Origin: Pseudomonadota bacterium
GTDB taxonomy: Bacteria > Myxococcota_A > UBA9042 > CAIXZC01
Length of the DNA: 64,000 nt
Direction of reading: 5' to 3'
Assembly: GCA_043815665.1 (NCBI GenBank)
Contig: JBDRIT010000025.1
Location: 145,490 to 209,489 of the forward strand
Position numbers and translations under genes: made by a program. Shown in pieces: positions 38,301-46,450 of the stretch; position 1 is the stretch's first letter, and each line of letters begins with the position of its first letter. The notes under the pieces were generated by a model. That model did no database searches. It was not told where the DNA came from and worked only from the letters and a program-made list of their open reading frames with translations.

Positions 38301-38923
38301 GTGCACACGCCGGCGATGCAGGTGTCGTTCTCCGTGCAGATCGACGCGTCGTCGCATTCGGTCTCCCACACCAGCGCGTGGTCACAGTCACCGTCGGCCC
38401 CGCAAGAGTCGATGGTGCACACGTTGTCGTCGTCGCAGTCCACTGCCGATCCAGCGCAGATCCCGGCCCCGTCGCAGAGGTCGTCCTCGGTGCAGGGATC
38501 CCCGTCGTCGCAGGCCCCGCCATCGAGGAGTTCGCTGACACAGCCCTCGGTGCCCGCGCAGCTGTCCACGGTGCAGGGGTCCCCGTCGTCGCACTCGCCC
38601 GAGACCATGTCCAGGTTGTCCACCTCGCCGTCACAGTCGTTGTCGAGGCCGTCGCAGATCTCGTCCTCGGGGACGCAGGGCGGGGCCTCTGGTGGCAGAT
38701 CCTCCGGCGCCACGTCGAGATCGTCCGTCAGGACGTCCGACGCGTCCGGCATCATCGCGTCGGGTTCCACCTGGTCACCGGACACCAGCTCCGACACGTC
38801 CGGCTCGACCGCCGTGTCGGTGTCCTGGGTGGGTCCCGTGCATCCGAAGACCAGGACACAGGCCAGGAGGACGGCCGGGCGGACGAAAATCAACCCTGGT
38901 TTCATCATTCTCTCGTTCATCAT
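35366..38923 (-). CDS. Lipoprotein with ~35 tandem Myxo-type Cys-rich repeats (C-x-D-D/E-N-x-C-T-x-D-x-C) and a C-terminal beta-propeller-like domain
   Basis: Lipobox LVFGCTG. Repeats such as CDDGDPCTVDSCAGTEGC. C-terminal ~420 aa are Cys-poor. The ATG overlaps the upstream TGA (ATGA). Confidence 0.75.
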   Translation of the reverse strand: MMNERMMKPGLIFVRPAVLLACVLVFGCTGPTQDTDTAVEPDVSELVSGDQVEPDAMMPDASDVLTDDLDVAPEDLPPEAPPCVPEDEICDGLDNDCDGEVDNLDMVSGECDDGDPCTVDSCAGTEGCVSELLDGGACDDGDPCTEDDLCDGAGICAGSAVDCDDDNVCTIDSCGADGDCDHALVWETECDDASICTENDTCIAGVCTGDAIDCDDGDLCTDDVCDPVDGCIHPDNHVPCNDMDPCTVSDNCTDGVCVGFEVPCGCTVDGDCDEIAALDLCAGALQCDLIALPPKCAVTPYTWTLCVKPQGLGAECLESFCDPGTGECSFVPANDGAACDDGDLCTMATICVAGVCEDGLPTNCHDENVCTTDTCDPMSGCVYAPNDNPCTDVNLCTVGDHCEDEVCAATGALPCDDGNLCTDDSCAPAVGCVHDFNTLPCDDGDACTVDEMCSGGSCFTLAPLVNCDDGNVCTTESCDPASGCVFANNLESCTDADACTTGDHCEEGSCVTTGIPDCDDGNVCTDDSCDPATGCVNANNVLECTDADACTLGDVCVEGACQSGMAKVCDDENVCTDDVCVEGECVFTANAAECTDDDACTLGDHCADSQCMTTGVEVCDDENPCTDDSCDPAEGCVFTPNQELCDDENACTGIDICAEGQCVPGDAVDCTDEDPCSADTCEEATGCVHTNVPIDCMVSDWGDWASCETDDGTCQGTRLHSRAITLEPACGGVECPMLEESEACDMPGETSCDDLDVCTLLDVCDDQGACAGTPSVEILEPDGCDDDDPCTLDSCTSGESAICNHTPSATVPVAEGGCDDGNPGTADSCDPESGCVNVIIPEWTELATDFLANTYKFKLALLDDEPYLVTVAAWAGQEALGEVSVRRWDGEAWVSASDGLEMPLSYVISAKVNDNKLYVSGFSGAIRVYSDSTWEALPNHAPGTTGGSVIDFDDNGDLYVAYIHNEDGSSGYNWRLSVKKLDTDTNTWEPVGYSGPEGLGVWSYGGQGFFDLAVTGGTPYVFFTQQPSEVGIGASDPEWADSVHNIIMRFSDDTWSVVGDPGDLPTNAQTSSNNHVSIQGETIVATLQHSPAYCHTAATGWQICSTVSSYSGTATVPFESKLHSMFNNSGLTLHSFDGTTWNEISVPLVDDGLGGSQLAIETNGTVYVVTGLGWPWTLSLFSFQL

Positions 38924-41484
38924 AAGGACCTCGCACAGCGGAAGCCGATGTCACCGGTCTCGTCGTCGTCCTCGGGCACCCCCGCCCGGGTCGACACCGA
39001 GCAGGCCGCCGCAGCGTCGAGATAGCTGCCGCCGCGGACCACTCTCACGCCGTCACAACCCGTCTCCCAGGGTGGGTACCCCAGGGACGGCGCCCCGATG
39101 TAGCTCGGGTGGTAGCAATCAGACACCCACTCGGAGACGTTGCCGCTCATGTCGAAGAGGCCGGCGGCGTTCGCCAGCTTGCCACCGACCTCGTGCTTCG
39201 TCCCGTCGGAGTTGCCTGCGGTCCAGGCCACGTCGCCCAGACAGGCGCTGGCGCTCCCGCAGACGAACGCCGTGGCGCTGCTCCCGCGCAGGGCGAGCTC
39301 CCACTCGGCCTCCGTGGGCAGGCGCGCCCCGATCCGCTGGCAGAACTCCGCCGCCTGGGTCCAGGCCACGCACTCCACGGGGAACGCAGCGCCGGACGGG
39401 TCGCAGGAGGGCGTCAGACCCATGGAGAACTCGAAGTCCTCCTCCGTGACCTCCATCGCGAGGATCTCGAAGGGCTGCACCGCCACCGGGTGACTGGGGT
39501 ACTCGTCGGGATCGGGACAGATGCCTGTGGGGCAGCCCATCCAGAACTGGCCCCCGGGGATCGAGATCCACTCCAGGTCCGGCACGTTCTGCCCGCAGAC
39601 GCCCACGTAGCAGCCGAAGCCGGGATCGCAGTCCCCGCAGGTACCGCCGCACCAGTCGTCGCCGCACTCCTTGCCGCCGCAGATCGGCGTGCAGCAGGCG
39701 CCCTGGAAGCACTTCCCCGTGGCGCAGGGCTCGCCGTCGGTGACGGGCTCGTTGACGCAGCCCGAGGACGGGTCGCAGGAGTCCACGGTGCAGGTGGTGC
39801 CGTCGTCGCAGGCCGCGGACGCGTCCACGTAGTAGCACCCCTCCGTGGGGTCGCAGAGGTTCGTGGTGCACGCGTCGCCGTCGTCGCAGGGCAGGGGATC
39901 CACGCCGCTGCCGCAGCCACCAAGCGCGCAGGTGTCGCCCACGGTGCAGACGTCGCCGTCGTCGCAGGGCACGGTGTTCGGCGCGTGGACACAGCCCGTC
40001 GCCGGCGCGCAGGAGTCGTCGGTGCAGAGGTTCAGGTCGTCACAGTCCGGCGGCGGGCCGCCGACGCAGACGCCGGTGTCACAGACATCGTCCAGGGTGC
40101 AGGCGTTGCCGTCCACGCACTCCGCGCCGCTGGCCGGTGTGTAGAGGCAGCCGGGCCCCGGGTCGCAGAGGTCCGTCGAGCAGGGGTCACCGTCGTCACA
40201 GTCCACGGCCTCCGGGCCGACGCAGATCCCCTCCGAGCAGATGTCCGCGGTGGTGCAGGCGTCCCCGTCGCTGCACGGCGCCGTGTTGAAGACGTGCTGG
40301 CAACCGACGCCGGGCTGGCAGGAGTCCGTGGTGCAGAGGTTGTCGTCCTTGCAGTTCGTCGTGCCGCCGTTGACGCAGATCCCCGCCATGCAGGTCCCCG
40401 TCTTCGTGCAGATCTCCCCGTCCTCGCAGACGCCGCCCTCGTTGATGGCGACCACGCCGCAGTTCCCCGTGGAGCCGTCGCAGTGCGCAGCGACGCAGTC
40501 GGCGTTCGGCCCCTCCGGCGGCTCCGGACAGGACGGCACGGTGAGGGGATTCACCGCGCAGGTAAAGGGGAAGGTCGCGTAGTCACAGAAGAGGATCCCG
40601 TTGCAGAGGTCGCCGTCCTCCAGGACCAGGCAGTCGACGTCGTTCTCGCAGTCGCAGGGGAGCACGAAGCCGACGCATTCCCCCAGCGCGCACTCGTCGT
40701 CCACGGTGCAGGGGCTCCCGTCGTCGCAGGGCTCGAAGTTCGCGGTGAAGGTGCAGCCCGTCGCCGGCTCGCAGGAGTCGTCGGTGCAGAGGTTGCCGTC
40801 GTCGCAGGTCAGGGGCGTCCCTACGCACAGACCTTCGACGCAGAGCTTTGCGACGGTGCAGAGGTCCCCGTCCCAGCAGGGCACCGCGTCCAGGTCCTCG
40901 AAGGCACAGCCGCTCACCTTGTCGCAGCTGTCCTGGGTGCAGGGGTTCCCGTCGTCACAGTCGGTGAAGGTCCCCTGGCAGACGCCGTCCCCGCAGGTGT
41001 CCCCTGCGGTGCAGGCGTTGTCGTCGTCGCAGGCCACGTCGGTGAGGGACGCGAACTGGCATCCCTTCCCGGGCTCACAGGTCCCTACGATGCAGGGGTT
41101 TGGGTTGGCGCAGAGGGACTGATCCGGGTCCTCGGGCGGGTTGTCCACCACGCCGTCGCAGTCGTTGTCCTGGCCGTCGCAGATCTCCGGCTCGGGGACG
41201 CAGACGATCTCCTCGACCACCTCGACGACGTCGGGCTCGACCACCTCCATGACCAGATCGGGTTCCTCGGTGTCCTGGCCCGGGAGGACCTCCAGCACCA
41301 CCGCGTTGGGGTCCTGGATGCAGACCCCATCGGCACCGCAGACCTCTCCCGCGGGGCACTGCGAGTCGTTCAGGCAGGCGGTCCCGTCCCCGGTCAGCAC
41401 CAGGGTCCCCCCGTCGCAGGCGCCCAGGAGGATCACCAGGGCGAGGACCAGGCCCCGCACCGCACCAGTGGCTGTCCTATTCAT
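38920..41484 (-). CDS. Lipoprotein with Myxo-type Cys-rich repeats and a C-terminal formylglycine-generating-enzyme (FGE-sulfatase/SUMF1) family domain
   Basis: ggagaaggagatcggcaATG. Lipobox LVILLGAC. C-terminus WISIPGGQFWMG...RLPTEAEWE...GNVSEWVSD...RVVRGGSY...GFRCARS. The track ORF's upstream 31 codons are discarded. Confidence 0.75.
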   Translation of the reverse strand: MNRTATGAVRGLVLALVILLGACDGGTLVLTGDGTACLNDSQCPAGEVCGADGVCIQDPNAVVLEVLPGQDTEEPDLVMEVVEPDVVEVVEEIVCVPEPEICDGQDNDCDGVVDNPPEDPDQSLCANPNPCIVGTCEPGKGCQFASLTDVACDDDNACTAGDTCGDGVCQGTFTDCDDGNPCTQDSCDKVSGCAFEDLDAVPCWDGDLCTVAKLCVEGLCVGTPLTCDDGNLCTDDSCEPATGCTFTANFEPCDDGSPCTVDDECALGECVGFVLPCDCENDVDCLVLEDGDLCNGILFCDYATFPFTCAVNPLTVPSCPEPPEGPNADCVAAHCDGSTGNCGVVAINEGGVCEDGEICTKTGTCMAGICVNGGTTNCKDDNLCTTDSCQPGVGCQHVFNTAPCSDGDACTTADICSEGICVGPEAVDCDDGDPCSTDLCDPGPGCLYTPASGAECVDGNACTLDDVCDTGVCVGGPPPDCDDLNLCTDDSCAPATGCVHAPNTVPCDDGDVCTVGDTCALGGCGSGVDPLPCDDGDACTTNLCDPTEGCYYVDASAACDDGTTCTVDSCDPSSGCVNEPVTDGEPCATGKCFQGACCTPICGGKECGDDWCGGTCGDCDPGFGCYVGVCGQNVPDLEWISIPGGQFWMGCPTGICPDPDEYPSHPVAVQPFEILAMEVTEEDFEFSMGLTPSCDPSGAAFPVECVAWTQAAEFCQRIGARLPTEAEWELALRGSSATAFVCGSASACLGDVAWTAGNSDGTKHEVGGKLANAAGLFDMSGNVSEWVSDCYHPSYIGAPSLGYPPWETGCDGVRVVRGGSYLDAAAACSVSTRAGVPEDDDETGDIGFRCARSL

Positions 41485-42865
41485 TGCCGATCTCCTTCTC
41501 CGACACCTTGAACTCGACCCGGCGGTTGGCCTTGCGGCCCTCGGGGGTCGTGTTGTCCCCGATGGGGCGCTGGGCACCGAAGCCCTTCGCGTCGAGGCGT
41601 GCCGCGGGGACGCCCTTGCTGACCAGGTAGGTCACCACGGACTTCGCCCGGTCCGACGACAGCGCGAGGTTGCGGTCCGCGTCTCCCACGTTGTCCGTGT
41701 GCCCCTCGACCCGGATCTGATGCACCGCGGGGTGCGCCAGGATCCAGCGGGCGACCTCGTCCAGCTCCTTCATCGATGCGGGCAGGAGCACGTCTCGATT
41801 GGTCTCGAACTGCACCCGCTGCGCGATCTCCAGGAGCTCCTTCGGGGTCTCCACCGGCGGCGGAGGAGGAGGCGGAGGAGGCGGAGGAGGTGGAGGCGGC
41901 GGAGGCGGAGGCGGAGGCGGCGGAGGCGGAGGTGGCGGAGGTGGCGCCGGGGGCTCAAAGGTGCAGCGCTCGAAGCGGAACCCGGAGGTGACACGGAAGG
42001 CCGCCTCACCCATGCCGCCCACGAGGCCGCCGCCCCCCGCGACGTAGACCCGGGCCCAGTCGCCGACGCAGGCGTCGAGGCCCACCTGGCCCTCCATCGC
42101 GGTGCCATCCGTCGAGAGCCCTCCGACCCAGGAGGAGAACACCGTCATCTCGCCGAGGAGCCCGAGCTTGTCCTCCAGGAACCCCTGACGGAGCCCCAGG
42201 CCCATGGCCAGCCCGCTGCCGGCGTCGAAGCCGACGATGGTCTGCGTCTCCAGGAGCCGGACCCCCGCGTTCAGAGCGATCAACGTCGCGGTGGGGAACC
42301 GGTAGTCCAGAACCACCCGGGCCGCCCCCGAGAACCCGCCGGACCCGGAGTAGGTCCCCGCCGTCGCGGTGGGGAAGCCGATGTCCGCGTCCACGCCGAG
42401 GCCGAAGCCCGTCCTCACCCGCGGGAACGCCAGGAATCGGAGGCCGAGGCGCAGATCACCCAGGCCCCAGGCGTCCGCGGTGGGCGCGCCGGTGATCCCA
42501 GAGCTCCCCGCGGCGAAGAGCGTCACCGGGAGGTTCACCCCCACGGAGAGGCGGCGCCATCGGCTGAACGCGGCGAAGAGATCCCCGGTCAGGAGCTGCT
42601 CCACGGGGTGGAAGGTGGCGTCCCTCCCGGTCCTCTGATCATCGATGACCAGGGGATCCCGGGCGTAGGTGACGAAGAAGCCCCCGGAGAACCCGCCACC
42701 CAGCCAGGCGGCGGTCCGGATCATCATCAGATCCCCCGCGTGGGGGGAGGCCTCGAAGTGCTGCACGTTGAGCTTCGGCTCCCCACCCCGGGCGGGACCG
42801 CCGATGACGGCCGCCAGCAGGAGGACGCCGGCCGCTGCTCCGATTCGAATCCTGTTCATGGACAT
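41477..42865 (-). CDS. OmpA-family protein: N-terminal OM beta-barrel-like domain, ~30-residue polyproline linker, C-terminal OmpA peptidoglycan-binding domain
   Basis: Signal peptide MSMNRIRIGAAAGVLLLAAV. C-terminus RVEGHTDNVGDADRNLALSSDRAKSV...GFGAQRPIGDNTTPEGRKANRRVEF. Its stop lies inside an 8-nt overlap with the next gene's start. Confidence 0.8.
   Translation of the reverse strand: MSMNRIRIGAAAGVLLLAAVIGGPARGGEPKLNVQHFEASPHAGDLMMIRTAAWLGGGFSGGFFVTYARDPLVIDDQRTGRDATFHPVEQLLTGDLFAAFSRWRRLSVGVNLPVTLFAAGSSGITGAPTADAWGLGDLRLGLRFLAFPRVRTGFGLGVDADIGFPTATAGTYSGSGGFSGAARVVLDYRFPTATLIALNAGVRLLETQTIVGFDAGSGLAMGLGLRQGFLEDKLGLLGEMTVFSSWVGGLSTDGTAMEGQVGLDACVGDWARVYVAGGGGLVGGMGEAAFRVTSGFRFERCTFEPPAPPPPPPPPPPPPPPPPPPPPPPPPPPPPPPVETPKELLEIAQRVQFETNRDVLLPASMKELDEVARWILAHPAVHQIRVEGHTDNVGDADRNLALSSDRAKSVVTYLVSKGVPAARLDAKGFGAQRPIGDNTTPEGRKANRRVEFKVSEKEIGNE
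41853..41953 (-). repeat. Simple-sequence coding repeat (GGAGGC/GGAGGT)n on the plus strand, encoding ~30 consecutive prolines
   Basis: Read directly from the DNA. The protein run is PPAPPPP...P. Confidence 0.7.
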
Positions 42866-42925
42866 GCTCCTGGGTCCCTTCCCATGGTCAAGGTCGCGCG
42901 GCGATCACCGGGTCGGGTCAACATC

Positions 42926-45900
42926 TCAATTCGCTGGACCACAGTAGCCCCCATAGCCGTCCGGGTCCCCGGGCCAGCAGTACCAGGTCCCGGAGTGCCC
43001 GCAGTCCTGGCAGGTCCCGGCCTTCGCACCGCAGTACCCGTTCGACTGCTCGTGCCGGTAGTGGCAGCCCGTCATCCAGCCCTGGTAGGTCAGGTTCTGG
43101 AAGTTCGGGGCACAGCAGCCGGGGCAGCCCTTGCCCCCGGGGTACACGTACCCGCAGTCCTGCGGGCAGTTGCACATGGTCTCTTTGAACTGGCTCTCGC
43201 AGTTCTGGTTTCCGCATGCCAGGTAACACTTGCCGTCGTAGCCGCAGTATTGCTTGTTCTGGTCGGGGCAGACGCCGCAGTACACGCCGCAGACCGGATC
43301 GTTGCCGCAGACCCTCCCCGCGCAGGGCTGGCCGCAGTCCTGGGGGCAGGTGCATTTGGTCTCCCCAGCCTGACACTGCCCATTCCCACAGATCGGGTAG
43401 CAGTTGTTGCCGGAGCAGGTGTATCCGTTGGAGCAGGTGCCGCAGAACTCGCCGCAGACCGGCTCGGTCCCGCAGGTCTTGTTCGCGCAGGGTTGTCCGC
43501 AGTCCTCGGGGCAGTTGCACTTGGTCTCCCCGGGCTGGCACTGCCCGTTGCCGCAGACCGTCACACAGGTCCCCCCGTCGCAGGTCAGGTACTGGGGACA
43601 CGCGGGGCACTCGACACCGCAGACCGGATCGACGCCGCACTCCACATCGACGCAAGGGTCGCCGCAGTCCAGCGGGCAGGTACAGAGGGTCTCGCTCGGG
43701 TCGCAGAGGCCGTTGCCGCAGAGCAACAGGCAGGCGCCCGCGTCGCAGTACTCATCGACCGCACAGGTGCCGCAGCCGAAGCCGCAGACCGGATCCGCGT
43801 CGCACTCGATGCCCGCGCAGGGGTCGCCGCAGTCCTCGGCGCAGGAGCACAGGGTCTCGCCCTTGTCCACCTCGCAGCCGAACTCGCCGCAGGTCGGCGG
43901 GCAGTAGCCGCAGGTGTCGCAGGAGTCGGGGCAGCAGGTCCCGGCCAGGATGCACGCCTCGCTGCAGTCGCAGACCCCGCCGGAGCCGTCGCACTCGCAG
44001 GGGGAGCATGCATACGGGTCGTCGGGGCAGTCCAGGGGGCAATCGCACGAGGTCTCGTCGCCGTTGCACACCCCGTCCCCGCACGTGGGGGGGCAGACGC
44101 CGCAGAGGAGGCACGCGTTCACACAGCAGTTCCCGGCGTCCACGCAGTCCGGTCCGCAGCCGCAGGTCCCCCCGGACCCGCCGCACTCGCACAGGGAGCA
44201 GGTCGACGGATCGTCGGGGCAGTCCGCGGGGCAGGAGCAGGAGTTCTCCTTGCCGTTGCACTGGCCATCGCCGCACTCCGGGACGCAGACCCCGCAGGCG
44301 TCGCAGGAGTCCGCGCAGCAGTTCCCGGTGGCCACGCAGCTCGGGGCGCAGGAGCAGGAGCCCCCGGAGCCGCCGCAGTTGCAGGGGGAGCAGCTGAGGG
44401 GGTCGTCTGGGCACTCCACGGGGCAGGAGCAGGAGTCCTCGCCGTACCCCGGCTCACAGAGGCCGTTTCCGCAGCAGTCACCGCAGTCCTGGGGGCAGGC
44501 CTGGCAGGTCTCGTCCCCGTTGCACTGGCCGTCCCCGCAGGCCGGGGCGCAGTTGCCGCAGAGCTGGCAGTCGTTCGCACAGCAGGTCCCCGTCGCGATG
44601 CAGGCCGCGTCGCAGGCGCAGTTGCCGCCGGTCCCGCCGCACTCGCAGGCTGAGCAGGTCTCCGGATCGTCGGGGCAGTCCGCAAGGCAGGAGCAGCTGT
44701 CCTCCTGGTGCTGGACCTCGCAGAGGCCGTTGCCGCAGCACGGACCGCAGTCGATGGGGCAGCCGCTGCAGGTCTCGCCGTACTCGCAGCTGCCGTTGCC
44801 GCAGACCGCGGGGCAGGCCCCGCAGAGGCCACAGGCGTTGGCGCAGCAGGTCCCCAGCTGGACACAGTCCGGGCTGCAATCGCAGCTCCCCCCGGTGTCG
44901 CCGCACTGGCAGGCCGAGCAGGAGTTGGGGTTGTCGGGGCAGTCCGCGGGGCAGGAGCAGGAGTTCTCCTGGTACTTCGCCTCGCAGGCGCCGTTGCCAC
45001 AGCACGATCCGCAGTCACCGGGGCAGGAGGTGCAGGTCTCGCCCTCCTCGCAGGCCCCGTCGCCGCACTCCGGCGGGCAGGCGCCGCAGGTGTCACAAGC
45101 GTCGGCACAGCAGCTGTTCGTCACGTGGCAGAGGTCGTCACACCAGCAGCTCCCGCCGTTGCCGCCGCACTGGCAGGCAGAGCAGGAATCGAGATCATCT
45201 GGGCAGTCCGTGGGGCAGGAACAGGAGTCCTCTCCGAGGGCCGCCTGGCAGATGCCGTTCCCGCAGCAGCTCCCGCAGTCCGCCGGGCAGGTCCCGCAGC
45301 CTTCGGTGGCTGCGCAGGCTCCGCCCCCGCAGACCGCGGGGCAGGAGCCGCAGGCCGTGCACGCATTGGCGCAGCAGTCCCCGGTGAGCACGCAGGAGGG
45401 GCCGCACTTGCAGGCGTCGCCGCTACCCCCGCACTGACAGGGAGAGCATGTGTCGAGATCATCCGGGCAGTCCGCGGGACAGGAGCAGGAGGTCTCGTTC
45501 TGCTGGGGCTGGCACACCCCGTTGCCGCAACACGGGCCGCAGTCCGCCGGGCAGCTCTTGCAGCTCTCGGCGCCGGTGCACTGCCCGTCCCCGCAGACCA
45601 CGCAGAGGCCGCAGGACGAGCAGATGTTGGCGCAGCAGTTGCCGGTCAGGCCGCAGTCCGGGGCGCAGCTGCAGCTCCCGCCGCTGGTGCCGCACTGACA
45701 GGAGGAGCAGGTGTTCGGGTTGTCAATGCAGTCGGCCTCGCAGGAGCAGGAGGACTCGTTGAAGTTGGCCTCGCACTGCTGGTTTCCGCAGCAGAGCCCA
45801 CAGTCCTGAGGACAGGTCCCGCACTTCTCGCCGTTGTCGCACTGGCCGTTGCCGCAGCACTGGCCGCAGTCCGGCACGCAGGTGAGGCAGGTCTCCCCCT

Positions 45901-46450
45901 GAGCGGCCTTGCACTGGCCGTCCCCGCAGCAGTCGCCGCAGTCCTGCTTGCACGTGCTGCAGCTCTCCCCCTTCCCGGGCTCGCACTTGCCGTCGCCGCA
46001 GCAGATCCCGCAGTCCTGGGGGCAGGTGCCACAGTTCTCGTTGGCCGCGCAGACGCCGTTGGGGCAACAGGGGCCGCAGTCCTGGGGACAGGTGATGCAG
46101 TCCTCGGTCAGGTCGCAGGTGTAGTTGCCGCAAGCCAGGCCGCAGTCCTCGGGGCAGTTGACCTGGTTCTCCATGCCGTTGCATTCCCCGTTGACGCAGC
46201 AATGGCCGCAGTCCTCGGTGCAGTTGCAGGGCGACTCGCCGCTGGCTTCGTCACACTTGCCGTTGCCGCAGAGGGTCGAGCAGTCCTGGGGGCAGCTCTC
46301 GAGCTCGCCCGGGGTGCAGACCCCGTCGCCGCAGTGGACGCCGCAGTCCGCGGGGCAGGTGAGCGCGTTCTCTCCCTTGGCCGAATCGCAGAACAAATCA
46401 CCGCAGTAGGGAAGGCACTTGCGATCCTGGCAGAAGTGGGTGGACTCGCA
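42926..46450 (-). repeat. Intragenic array of Cys-rich coding repeats (three nested periodicities)
   Basis: Periodic CP[AQ]DCG.CCGNG.C in the translation, with corresponding partial DNA periodicity. Confidence 0.7.

Noticed and set aside
42926-46450. Periodic DNA in the Cys-repeat genes as a possible CRISPR array
   Set aside because: The repeats are in-frame coding repeats of variable length with no conserved direct repeat/spacer structure, and no cas genes are nearby.
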